43,673 nt of DNA from Sphaeroforma arctica JP610 (taxonomy: Eukaryota). Made by a program: the position numbers and the translations under genes. The DNA is taken from contig NW_014040033.1 in assembly GCF_001186125.1 (NCBI RefSeq), positions 1 to 43,673 on the forward strand, given 5' to 3'. The notes below the pieces were generated by a model, which did not search any database, was not told where the DNA came from, and worked only from the letters and a program-made list of their open reading frames with translations. Shown piece after piece: positions 1 through 11,964 of the stretch. Numbering within the stretch: position 1 is the first letter of the stretch; each line of letters opens with the position of its first letter.

Positions 1-235
1 ATTAATAAATGATGAATCTGACTTGAAGATTAATAATACTATATCGTTTGATGTGCACATATAGTAGTAGTATCTGCAGCCAATTTCTCATGTTCAAATA
101 TAGACTATATACTAGACATTTTATACAAGTTCAACCTTTCTATCGCATTCACTACATCCTAATGTACACAATTACTTGCTATCTGTCTCCATCGATCAAT
201 TATTCACACCATCATCGGCTATTTTATCCTCCTAG

Positions 236-2415
236 AACCCATCGTTACCGACAACAAGTCGAATCAGTTCCTCAAAGCGTCGACCTCTGCTGCAGCGATG
301 TCGAGGGGCGGCAACTCACCACTGCGCATGTCCACCACACACCACGGAGACTTGCAACAGATTTCGTTCGATTTCTCCGCTTCCGCTGAGCCACGTGGTT
401 CTAATAACAGATCACAGCCCGTGACCCCCCGGCGTCAGAAGAGTCTGGATAAACTGCTGGCCAAAGAGCGCGAAGGCGCGGAGCGAAGGCGTTTGCGCGG
501 GAGTGCTGAGGCGAGCGATGCCAGTGATGCGGAGACAGAGTTTGTGACGAGTGAGAGTGACTGGGATATGAGGAGCATCGGAGGCACCACTGCGGAAACC
601 TACGCCTACGCTCAAGACCAGATAGAGGAACGCGCCAGGAATCAGGACGATGAGTACTTGCAAGCCAACCAGGAGTCTGGTAATGGGTACAAACAGGTCT
701 ACGAAGGGGCTAATGATGCGTACAACCAGGGGTATGACGAGAATGTGGTGATGGGCGTGGGCCAGACCCTGGCCAATGCACGTGATGCTATGAATGGCGA
801 CTTCTACGATGAACAAGACAATGGCGAGTACAACGGAGAGAGTGTGGGCTCGGTCAGCAATAGCGAGGACGAACCGGGGGCCTCAAATGGGCCTATGGAT
901 GCCGATGGCGGGGTGTTTGCGGCTTACTTCAAGCCTGCAAGCCAGCTGAGCAAGCCTAGTTCTCTGCGGTCGGTGCTGTCCACCATCGCCGATACCGGAG
1001 ACGATACGTCGGACGAGGGGGCCGGCAACGTAGACCCAGCGACGTTCAGGGGTGTCGTTGCGAAGACGAAATCGCAGTACAGCAATGTCAAGCCACACGT
1101 GATGAAGCACTCGTCAACAGGCAATGTACTACAGACAATATCTTCAGATGCTGAACTCAGAGCTCAACCTCGGCCCCGCCATCCGAGTTCCGGTAACGTC
1201 GCGCCGTCTCGGCTGGCGTCTACATCCTACAAGTCGCTCAACAGTGCCAGTCCCACCCGCTGTACCGTGCCCTCAGGCAAGGACAAACGCAGCCTGAGTG
1301 TCAGCGATGCACGCAGGTCTTCCCTGTACCAGACACACTCGAGCGATGTGCTCTCTACCAGCAGTTCCATGGGTAATATCGTGAGCGGTAGCAAGAGTAC
1401 AGACAACCTGCACGCGTTGGGAGTTGCGCCGAGAAAACAGAAACTCAAGCCACAGCCTCGGCCTATGAGCACCATCAATCCGAAGATCAATAGTATCTCG
1501 GGCAACCAGGCGAGGAGTAATATGAGTTATAAGTCAGGTACTCGAAGTAGGCCGAAGAGCACCGCGGGGTTATCTGATATCATTGGCGCGTATGGGAGTG
1601 CCGGAATGAACGGTTCTACTTCTGATGCAGGGGTTGGTTATTCACGCCGATTAAACCGGTCTAATTCATCTGGGCAGTTAGATGGGTATCAAGTCCAAGC
1701 GGATGGGTATGAGGGTCAAGGAGAGGTTTACTATGGCAACGCCCAAGGATATGATGGCAACCAAGGTGTTGATTTTAACAGCTATCACGAGTATAACAGC
1801 GGGAAGTATAACGGGAACAGTCCGCACTACCAGGAGGGCAACCATGGCAACTATGGCAACTATAGCAACTATCCGAACGACCACGATCACTTTCACGACA
1901 GTTACTCCGATTCCCACTCGACAGGATACGGCGGCAGCAATAGCACAGCCAGTCTGATGGGCGAGTACGAGAACCTGCTTGGTCGGGAGAGTATGGGTGT
2001 ACCTGCGTACAGTGGCCTGGTCAATAAAGACCCACCCCCTGTACGCGCGCCACCGAGCGTGGGTTCTATGTTAAATGTGGATACCAGCAAATCGTACGGC
2101 AGTCAGGAGGGGAGCGGGAGTAGCACCAACAGTGTGGTCGAGCAGTCGCGGATGGGCCGGGGCAGGGCCAGCAGTTCGAAAAACATTCCAAGCGGCAGTT
2201 ACATGGAGGCGGATGCGAATGGCCAGGGTGTGGATGCGAGTGAGAAGTTGAAGATGAGAGAGACCAGCCAGTCGAAGTTACGGTCGGAGAACACCATGTC
2301 TGGTGACTTCTCGAATGCGCGCATGCGCAAGAAGAAGTCAGGTACCTCCGGATCGGATAAGAAACGGAGGACAATAGTCATGCTTAACTTTGTAAAGCCC
2401 GGGAAGTCGAGTTAA
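236..2415 (+). CDS. Terminal exon of a large Ser/Gly/Asn/Tyr-rich, probably disordered hypothetical protein (upstream exons outside or not resolved in window)
   Basis: The 705-aa ORF 298..2415 stays open upstream to a pyrimidine-rich acceptor (ttttatcctcctag, AG at 234-235). Low-complexity composition, basic C-terminus (RMRKKKSG..DKKRR), no recognised domain. Confidence 0.7.
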
Positions 2416-5400
2416 CAGTGTGGCTAATGCGCTTGGCCATTGCTTGCCAATTGTAACTATAACAAAACTGTTCTTGTATGGGCTTGTACCGTACCGAGAT
2501 GGGTATTGAAGCAATGTATGAAAAGCGGATAGCCCGAGCCCAGAACTGGGGCAAGACACTGTGATAGCACGGGGATGTAAACCCATTCTTATACATTCGT
2601 GCCGAGTTCTGCTAACCGTTGGCGCAACATGCAGGATGTGCATCGACATCTAAGAAATACCATATCTATACCTCTGCCTTGACCAGCCAGAGCGCTAGCA
2701 AATGGACTACACTGTACACACCCACCTTTAATTGTCGTCTGGTCCTGTCTCAAACGGAGCACACGCACATACAATCAGTGCTCCCGAGAAACTACATCAG
2801 GTCTATTTAGAAGTTGTATTTAGCTGTGATAGAAAATAACACATAGTTTCTCTATATTGGGGAACATAAACACGTTGTTTCTCCATACTTGGGTGTCGCC
2901 TGGTATTGTATGGCGTAGGCTAATCGGTATCAACGCTGAATGCCAGCATTCAGCCGCATTATACACAGCAAGCCTTCCAGAACTCGTGCGAGAGGATTCG
3001 ATCGATATTACACGGATATTGATAGCCAAGCACGGAATGGAGATGAGCACACACGTCGGGCCATACAATCGACACCGACACATGGCAAGTCATTCCGTCG
3101 GCGAGAAAAGGGGATGATTGTGAAGGGCTGTAGCGACGCTCGACAATACATACGAACACACACACACAAATCATGTGAGCGGCGTGCGAGCATGGATACT
3201 TACGTATATACGGGCAAAACGATGTGTCATGCACGTGCGCAATCACGTTCTCGTAAACGTTTCCGAAAAGTATGGATGCGCGTGTGTTATGACGGAAATG
3301 CACGTACATAAATAAGCGGTTTGCGTATACTTGCGCTCTTTAGCAATACACTTACGCAACTGCGGTATCACCCACGTGAACAAATACATACACATACAGA
3401 TTTGCAAACACGTGATCATGCATGTACACGAAAACATGCGTATACACTTACGCAAATGATGAGTGCGCGTGGATGAAATTGTACGCATAAGCGTGATGAA
3501 TGCGTCAACGTACACGCATCCGAAGGGGTATGCGTGCTGCGAGCGACAGTCCCCAGGGCTTTATGTGAGCTATCAGTTAGTGGACGGTTCTTCGCAAATT
3601 GTACATGAGAAAAATAAATAGTAAAACCTCATATGCTTTTGTATAGCGCTCATTTTTTTGTGGCGAGGTGTTGTGGGTGATATAAAAAGCGATATTCTAA
3701 CTGATTGCATTGAAATTGCAATACATGTTGTGCATCATGAATATAAATTGAGATTAGAGTAGTTCCTCGATATTCATATGTCGCGAGAGTTGTTGTATTG
3801 AGCCGGTACGATTAATTTTGATGCTCAAACATTTAACGGACTCTGACGTTCACACATTCTCCGATTTAACGATCAAAAGCTGTCTGTTTCGATACTGTAG
3901 ACTTAATACTGGCAATACGACTCCACAATATTATAATTTTTCCACCTTAATTCTGGAAATATTAATATACCAATAGTTGTAGCTTCGAACATCCGAGCTA
4001 CAAAGCAGAGTGGTGGCGGTGAGAGACAACGCAAACGTTAGAAACCTCCTGCAAGAGGCAGCTGTTGGGTTGAAGAAATTCTGCTTTATATTGCATTTGA
4101 TTAACTTCTGCACGATAACCGAACGATATTTATTCTACGGTATAGTTGAGAAATCATGGTTGCCAAAACGTGCGATTATCAGTGTAGCGGGGATTTTCGA
4201 TATTCTATGGATGTTTCTTGAAAGTCATTCAGCACTCATCCTGTTTAATATACTTTCCATAGTGCGAAATATGTGCGACCTACCTAAAAGAACAAACTCA
4301 TTCTCTTTAAGTCCTCGACGGCAACTACAAACCCCATCTGCTAGGAAGACCTCTTTTCGTTTACTCAGTCATCCAGCGTCCAGCTTTAAATTTCAATTTT
4401 TTTCTTATGTCAGTCACCTTCATAGAAAACCGTCGCCCCGCAGTTCACAGGCCACACATAGTTCAATTAATAGGGAATTATAACTTAAAACATACAACTA
4501 GTTGCGTATTTTTTTTTCTCGTTCTTACTAACAGTATGGTTCAAACCCACGGTTTATTATTTTTGCAATTCAAATTCGTTCACGAATTAGACCTCCACGC
4601 CCACCTGCTCCGTCGGTGTACGTTCTCATTGCCGGTCGTGTCGTTCATTTGAAACACACACTTGCGACAGCCAGTTCGTGCAATTCCTCTGGGTGACTGA
4701 AGGCGTCGTTTAATCGTACCTCAGACCCTTTTCTGCGTTCAAGTTAACAGCAGATGTTTTGACAGCTTGAACCACTGATTCCACTATCCAGACAACCTTC
4801 AATTGCCGCGTTTCCATTGTACGTGGAGGGTACAGGACAATTTTTACCAGCGATGGTTCATTCAGTGCACGTTCTGTCGAAGCTGTCGGGGAAGACGGCA
4901 CCCCCGAAGTGCCAGCTACGAGTAAGTCAGCGAGTACTGCGATGGTACTCAAGGTGTTCGTGTTGGGTTTCTATTGATGACTTGATGTTATTGCAGTCCC
5001 ATCAAAGCCAGCTGCTTATAAAAACTTGAGAAGTTTTTTTTGTAAGACCTGCATATTAGCCAGCGTGAAGTTCTTGTACGGAACGTGTGGACATTGTAAC
5101 ATACGAACACTGATAAAACATATATACAGTAGTCACTCAGTAATACAGTATTGCTGGTGACTGTGGTTTGTTCACAAATAGACAACAGTAGGCACCAGCC
5201 AGTCATACCTTATCTGTCACATGTTAGTTGTATTGTTCGGACGAAAATCTGGAGAAGTACGCTACTGGGATTAATTGGCCATCTCGGCGAACAAATGGGC
5301 ACCCGCCTATCCCAACGAATTCGTACGCGTTAAAGTATTACACGAGTTGCTCGTGCATTTCGGGTTTAGTGAGCTATATAACGATACAAAATTCTCTTTT

Positions 5401-6550
5401 CCTACACTGCAAATTGCAAAGCTAAAAATATAATGACATAAAACTTCTACCTTTGAGTTATAAGTCACTTCTATTGAAACCAAAAAGAGGGACCTCTAAT
5501 ACTGTGTTCTTCATATCTAGCTGTGCGCTAAATAGAACATCATTATTGGCATGCTGGGTATGAGATATAATAATGGTGTATCACTTTTGCTAAGTTCATA
5601 CTTGAAATACAGTTTGGTACTTATGAGGCTGGTGCACCTTACACACCCCAACTGCCGTGATCGAAGGATAGTAACCTTGAAGCGGACGTAGTCGTCGGCA
5701 GCTTAGATACCCAAGACAATAGTGCATAGAGAACTAATGCACATGGATGACGATAGTTGCGTGGGGATGGCAAGCGCTCTAAAGTTACACTAAGACAAAG
5801 ATAGATTGATGGAAACGAACCATATGCGACCGGCAAGTGGGTGATCGATGAGGGAGAACTGGGAGTCCGAAATAGTTGATGCGTGAACGACGTGTTAGGA
5901 CGGCCACGACTGTATCGCACATGACAGCAGTGGGAGGGGAAGTGACGGGAACGAGGAAGTATAACATAGGTAAAGCATAAACACCAAGCTCGAAGGGCGA
6001 ATGCGGCAGGTGGTGGGCACATACGTTCAGGTTGCGGCCCACTAAACGATGAAAGGGAGATGTGGGCGAGGAACTCACATCGCAGTGTGGCCACATAGTA
6101 AAAGATGTGGCGGACCTAATGCCTCAGTGAGACAGCTGTGATAGTGATAATATGCTCTCAGGGCAAGGGATAGAAGTAGCGATGGCAACCCGGCCAAACA
6201 GAAGACATATATGTAAAGTGATCGACATATCTGCATGTATATGCTGACATAAATTTACCATGAAATGTACATTTGACATAAACAAGAAAATTCCGTACGT
6301 TTTCACTTTGTTAATTTGATCAATTGCTTATTGATCTGGGTTGGTATTTAACCGACGCCAACATTTGGATAAACGACATATCACACATATCGTGATGACC
6401 ATGTCACGACATGGTGACGTCAGGTCCGCTAAAGGTGACATCAGTGGATATCAAATATAACTAAACGAATGTCCTACTGACATTTTTCCGATCCATTGAT
6501 CTCAGATCAGCCAGATAGGCCAATACGCGATTGATTTGAAAAGGGGTGGT

Positions 6551-6976
6551 TGTAGTAGCAGTAGTGACAAGCACCAGGATATGGACATTGAGGTCCAAAC
6601 ACCGGCTGATAGAAGAAGGGGACTAAAATTTGGTTTAGGACATACATATGGATATTCATATGTATAAATATGATTCATGGACTAGCCTCGTTTTCTTTGT
6701 AGCGTAGATTGCCGGACAATGACCAAGTATTTTGTATACTAGTCAGTAGATGTGACAGAACATTTAGCTTAATTGATAGTAAACTACGGGTAAGGTCTAC
6801 TACAATTACAGACTACAAGTAAGACTACAAGTGCAAGATTTATTAAAATTACTTATTTCTTTTCTTGCATGGATAGATCACTGATTGAGAATACACTTCT
6901 GATCACAACTACACTTCGATTCACACTTCCAATCACGACTACGTATAGCTCACTAGCTCCATGTAGGTTTACTAGT
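6551..6976 (+). mobile_element. LTR copy A of a decayed Ty3/gypsy-like retrotransposon
   Basis: Begins TGTAGTAGCAGT after the purine tract GAAAAGGGGTGG. 6551-6697 aligns by eye with 21183-21335 (shared blocks gctgatag.agaagg, tttaggacatac, catggactagcct). Followed by PBS-like TGGTAG at 6977. The 3' end is approximate. Confidence 0.55.
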
Positions 6977-6999
6977 TGGTAGTATGCCGGTATCTTTCA

Positions 7000-7790
7000 A
7001 CACCGACCCACAGAGTCAAGGACGCTCGAAATCACGTCGCACTCCTGTGATGTACTACGGGCGTCGGAACAGACCGATCTTGACTTTAGTTCACGATTGG
7101 GACGTAGAGAAGTTTCAAGAGAAATACACATGACTGATCCCCCGAAGCGGTTGAGCTGCCTGTGATGTACTACGGGCGTCGGAACAGACCGATCTTGACT
7201 TTTCTTTGCGATTGAGACGTGGAAAAGTTTCAAAAGAAATACACACGACTGATCCCCAAAGCGGTTGAATTGATGTATTTCCTTTTTCCATCCAGATTAA
7301 GCTGGTGGCAACTTTAGGGACAACTAGTACGGTGATTGAGGTTTTGAATGCTGGCTGATTGCTTATTAGGGCAGTGCAGCCCATCTGAGGAAGATGCAGC
7401 ATAGTGCAAAACTGTTAAAGGAGACACGCAAGCAGAACATACCTTCTCAAACGGATGAGTGCTTTAAGCTGTTCTTCTCTCTGATATGGACAAGTATGGC
7501 GTGCTGTCGGCTGTCTACCATCTATGCCGGTGCGCAGTGATTGCGGGGGTGCTATGTTGGTACAAGTTGTCGACGGCAAAGATGTGGTCGAATCGTTCCA
7601 ACTGGAGACCGTACCCCGGTCAAAGCTGCTGCTGGCCCGCGCTTTACTCTCTTTCTGTGTGACCAATGTGACTTTTCGGATGACAGAGATATTTGGCCTC
7701 ATGGTAAACATCCTGCTGCCGAACCGGCCAATCAGAACCACCCACAACAAAGGAGTGGGACGTGCAGGCAACTATGGCTGACAAAATAAT
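7000..7790 (+). pseudogene. Degenerate gag-like region of the retrotransposon
   Basis: Directly follows the LTR/PBS. Broken frames give PVMYYGRRNRPILTFLCD*DVEKFQKKY..KAVELMYF..SRLSWW, resembling the gag 'P..F.G...FL..E..F....WW' pattern, plus a Cys/His cluster (CDQCDFSDDRDIWPHGKH) near 7655-7710. Weak similarity. Confidence 0.35.
7044..7272 (+). repeat. Tandem duplication, 115-bp unit x2
   Basis: cctgtgatgtactacgggcgtcggaacagaccgatcttgacttt starts at both 7044 and 7159; the rest of the unit is similar with scattered substitutions. Confidence 0.92.
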
Positions 7791-8519
7791 TTATGAGGCA
7801 CGAGAACACATTATATAAACAATATCACCGAAGACAAATGTTGGGACTACACCCAATTTTGATTTGCCCATGGCACGTCCAAGCCTTACAGATTCCTCAC
7901 ATATGGTGACGGATTTCTGGAAAGCGTACGAGATGGATTGGGCTAGCCGTGCACGAACGGATGAGATTCCACATATGACAGCGGGTTATCCAGACCTTCA
8001 CTTTATCGATATTTGGATTCGGGAAGCAATGAATTAATTAGAAAAGAAACCACTTTAGAAACCTTTTGTCTATATCGAAGGCATGGGTTGGCAATATTGC
8101 GGAGTGTGTGATGGTTTGCAACTCAATGGAGAGCTGACTACCTTCGACGATGACATACTTTTTACTCCTACAGGTCGCTGGCGACTACGCCCAGCGGTGG
8201 AACACATGTAGATTTACCTTTACCAGTGTAACTGCTGATTTCCAACCAGCCGCATGGCTCAACAGGATGGTCGTGAGTATCCCACGTCCAACCTACACCT
8301 GAGCCAGGCTAGACTATTCTCTCTCAGTGGGGCGAACCGAGCGCGAACGCACTTATTTATCTGCGTTTCCCCCCATAGTTCCGGTCAAAGTGCCAAAATA
8401 CCTTTTTTTTTTCAATCACGAAAATACCTTCATTTTTCGCATACATTTTCCTTATTTAGGCATATACTGATGGCGGCAAAATAACAATTTATAGGCCGTA
8501 TAAACCCGATGTTTTAGTC

Positions 8520-8950
8520 TACCGTCCCGATTTATTCAGCTTATATTCCTATTTTTTGAGGTTGTTTGCCCTATTCCCGATTTATATTCCCGATTCATAC
8601 ACCTGTTTTTTGTCTTGTTTTTTTTTTGTCAATGTAAAATTTGTTTTTTTCACAGGCTAAGAAGCCCAGCTGTACCGTCCCGATTTACATGATTTTCCAT
8701 TCCTAATTTTAACAGTATATAATCCTATTTTTTGAGGTTGTTTGGCATATTCCCGATTTATATTCCCGATTCATACACCTGATTTTTGTCTTGTTTTCTT
8801 TTGTCAACGTACAAATTGGGGTTTTTTTTCACAGGCGAAAAAGCCCAACTGTACCGTCCCGATTTACATGAATTCCAATCGTATTCTTTACAGTATAGAA
8901 TCTTATTTTTTGTGGATGTTGGGCATATTCCTGATTTTTATACCCGTTTT
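8520..8950 (+). repeat. AT-rich tandem repeat, ~176-179-bp unit x ~2.4, rich in (T)CCCGATT(T) motifs
   Basis: taccgtcccgattta at 8520, 8673 and 8852; tcctattttttgaggttgtttg at 8547 and 8723. Confidence 0.88.
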
Positions 8951-8973
8951 TTATCTTTTTTACATGAACGAAA

Positions 8974-10168
8974 ATGACAAATAACGATGCTACCCGACCA
9001 GACGAATCGAGTAGTTGCAGCAGCGACGACGACATTACAGTCGATACGGATACGAGTTGTGACAGCGACTACAGTGGCGACGACGACGATGACGACAATT
9101 CAACAAGCGGTACTGTGTGGACACCAGTGGCGGTAAAGAATCGCCCAGCAACCGGCATCATGCCAATGTGTGGACTGACAAAAAAGGGGAAACTGTAATT
9201 TATTCGCGTATACGCAGACGACTGCTACAGTGGGACGAGCGTCATGTTCGCAAAGCTGGAGAAGGCGATTGACAAAGTAGCACCGGGGACGAGTGTCATT
9301 GTGCGACTGTTCTTTATGAACGGACCAAGCGAGAACCGAACGCCGTCGTGGGCAACGACAAAAGGTGAGAAGGGGACAAACGACTGGAGTAACGCATCAG
9401 AGCTATTTAGAAAGTTGACCGTGCATTTGCGCAATGAAAACTGATGCTTCCTATTGCAGCTTGGATTTGGCTTTTGGAGCGAGTTCCACGTGTTGGAATT
9501 ACAATGAAACCAGGCATCAACTTTCCGAGTCCGGCACAGGTGGATATACTCTTTGATATTGTCAACGTCAACCGCGGCCCGCCACAGGTCACCGTGAGCG
9601 TGGGTGTGGGCGACAAGAAGCGTGTGCTCAGCGACAGTTTCCGAACGCATTCGACAATGGTATATTTTACGACTCGTTCATGAAGACCAAAGGTATTGAG
9701 TCGGCATATGAGACGAGCCTGTACAACGGATGTAAGTACAACGAGCGCGTATATACAATGAAAGGTGGGGAGTTCTCAAACGGCGAGGGTAAATTGTAGG
9801 CGATTATGGACACGACCAAATTGCTGATGAAAGCGCGCGCCATGCACTACATTCTACCTAACGGAACATCGGGCATCCTGTCGTTCAGCAGCTCCAAGGT
9901 CCAGGAACTGTCTGAATACATGGGGTATCGCCTCAAGGTTACGGCTGCAAGTAAAAACGCCGACGGGTACACTCGGCTCACAGTGTCCAAAGTAGGCATT
10001 GCGCCGACACTGTACGATCTGAACGTCGTGCACAAGGGTGTGACGTTTGAGCCAACACTGCGAAACCTGAAACCGGGGGCGAGTCGATACGTGTACGGCA
10101 AGATTATTGTTGGTGATAATACACAGTTCCAGGCCGAGGGTACGCGGTATCTGGAAAAATGCCACTGA
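8974..10168 (+). pseudogene. Disrupted DUF4832-type glycoside-hydrolase-like (clan GH-A TIM barrel) gene, paralogue of 13658..14710
   Basis: Joining frames across stops (9196, 9442, 9797) and frameshifts gives LLQLGFGFWSEFHV / MKPGINFPS / GIFYDSF / KGGEFS, matching YLQAGWGFWSESHL / IKHGVNYPS / GVFNDSL / SGGEFL of the intact paralogue. It also has the C-terminal DUF4832-like MGYRLKV..VSKVGIAPTLYD..LRNLKPG. Confidence 0.75.
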
Positions 10169-10760
10169 TGTAGGTTTTATAGCGGTTGGTGAAAGCGCCG
10201 GCAAGACCGGGTAGGGCAAGAACAGCATTGCCACAGGGCAGTATGCGGGCAGTGTCTCGCAGGCGGCAAATAGCGTCATTCTCAACGCGTCGGGCGCCGA
10301 CCTCAACGCTACAACCGAGGGGCTTTTCGCCAGCCCCTTACGCAACTTGAACTTGGGTACCAATGTACTGTACTATGGTACCACACCGGCCGAGACCAAA
10401 GTAGTCGAGCTGGGGACGTGCGTAAGTGATTATCTAAGGTGGAACGGCAGCAAATGGGTATCCGGGGGCGACAAGGTGGTAATTGCGTGCGGTGCGGGTG
10501 CCAACGACCAAGCCCAGGGTGCTGTGGCCGTTGGGTGTAACGCAGGTAATTTGTCGCAGGGGCAATTCGGCATTGCAATTGGCGACAGTGCAGATTTCAG
10601 TTCACAGGCAGCCAACAGCGTGATTCTCAATGCGTCCGGTGTTGTTCAAGATGCTGCGAATGCGTGATTTTTAGTCAACCCCATTCGCAACGAACATCGT
10701 GCGGATCAGATGCTGTACTACGATACCAAGACACGGGAAGTTGTGTACAGTGACAAGCCA
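10167..10760 (+). pseudogene. Fragment of YadA-like 15-aa-repeat (AVAIGxxAGxxxQG) fibre/surface protein gene
   Basis: One frame from 10167 with stops at 10212 and 10665. Repeats plus connector modules NSVILNASG..GLF..P(L/I)R and GTCVSDYLRWNG..W; ends LYYDTKTREVVYS. No start codon, and fused to different genes at both ends. Confidence 0.8.
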
Positions 10761-10797
10761 GTTCAGGGACGACAGGTGGCGTTTAGGACGTGTGTAG

Positions 10798-11052
10798 AGG
10801 TATTTGCTGCACACATCGGCAACGTGCGAGACCTTGGTGAACATGTCGATGCGCACGGCACATTCGGGATATCTGTTCCGCAAGACGAGCAAGTTCCTCG
10901 AGGGTCTCGCCGTCAAGAACGACGGCACGATTCGGAACATTGACAATTGCATTGTTAGCAATTCGTACGGCCCGTACAATTTGGACGGAAAGTATATTGT
11001 AAATAGCACGTTTTGTAACAACGGACGTGTTATTGAGAGATTTACGAGCTAG
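10798..11052 (+). pseudogene. 3' fragment of DNA-directed RNA polymerase largest subunit (RPB1/A'-like, bridge-helix region), divergent viral type
   Basis: HTSATCETLVNMSMRTAHSGYLFRKTSKFLEGLAVKNDGTIRNIDNCIVSNSYG aligns without gaps to the RPB1 consensus [49 protein letters not shown].YG. Too divergent for a host Pol II subunit. Confidence 0.8.
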
Positions 11053-11143
11053 AAAAAAAAACGAATAAGCAGATTTGAGAAAACTACATGAAAATGAGGC
11101 CGTGATTATTTCATTCTCATTCTTACACTATCGATTTACAAAC

Positions 11144-11772
11144 ATGACTAAGCGTGCAATTCAAAACAAAATTACACCTACCACTAAGCGTGTATTCGTC
11201 GATGTGATGAATACTACACCTCGCGACACTAGTTCACCTCCCAATATCACTAGTTCTGTTTTGTGTGAATTATTCGCTATCTTGCACCTGGACTCAATAT
11301 CTTGGTGTCCAAGTCACCCGACGGCACGTGGAACCCCACCACCATTCTTCAAACCCCACCAGGTTCCTATAATCTAGTGTTTAAGCTTGGGATGAAAGAT
11401 GGTGCGAATACCGGGCGATCACGCTGTGTCGGGCGTGACCATTGGGTGGCCATGGAATTGCACCGCAAGATCAACGACCTCACCAGACCGCTAATCTGGG
11501 AGGAAAACAACAAGTTTGTCAAGACCGTGCTCCTCGTCGAGCAATCTGGAAACAGTATGGGGAAACCAAAATATATCGACGCACACCCCGGGTGTATCGG
11601 GAACAACCCCAACCTCGCGTTTGTCGATGAACGCCATTTTGGTGTGCGAAACGCCAGGACTAGAAAGAACATAGGTGGGCTTCTGGACGCGACCATGCAC
11701 CGCATTACGTCAATCGGGATTACGGCGTTAGCTAGCATCACACGCACCAACGGAATTTACACTATGAACTAG
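11144..11772 (+). pseudogene. Frameshifted intronless hypothetical gene (~210 codons)
   Basis: ATG at 11144 after an A/T-rich spacer (MTKRAIQNKITPTTKRVF..). Overlaps and shifts near 11300 into ORF 11302..11772. No recognised motif. Confidence 0.42.
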
Positions 11773-11964
11773 CGTTGTGGTTTTTGAAGCACATACTGCG
11801 ACTAGAGATTAATAGAGAAATATGCACAACACGAGAAAATTTCAAACCGGCAAATTTGCATAATTTTTTTATATCGATTAATGAAACCATTACATACCAA
11901 ATCTACAGTTTCATCCAAAAACTGTGAATCCAGCAGACTATAAACAACCAATTTCTCAAAGCAC

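Noticed and set aside
2820..6306. Assorted 60-157 aa ORFs (e.g. 2940..3311, 4010..4483, 5639..6094)
   Set aside because: No recognisable motifs and no consistent splice structure; possibly decayed repeats, but unassignable by eye.
8325..8345. CAGTGGGGCGAACC as a hAT-like left TIR that would make the whole block a DNA transposon
   Set aside because: No matching inverted copy found near 16868 or elsewhere by eye, no TSD and no transposase.
7044..8950. Tandem repeats as CRISPR-like arrays (also 21761-21836, 41309-41436, 43554-43673)
   Set aside because: Only 2-3 units, no unique spacers, no cas genes, eukaryotic context.
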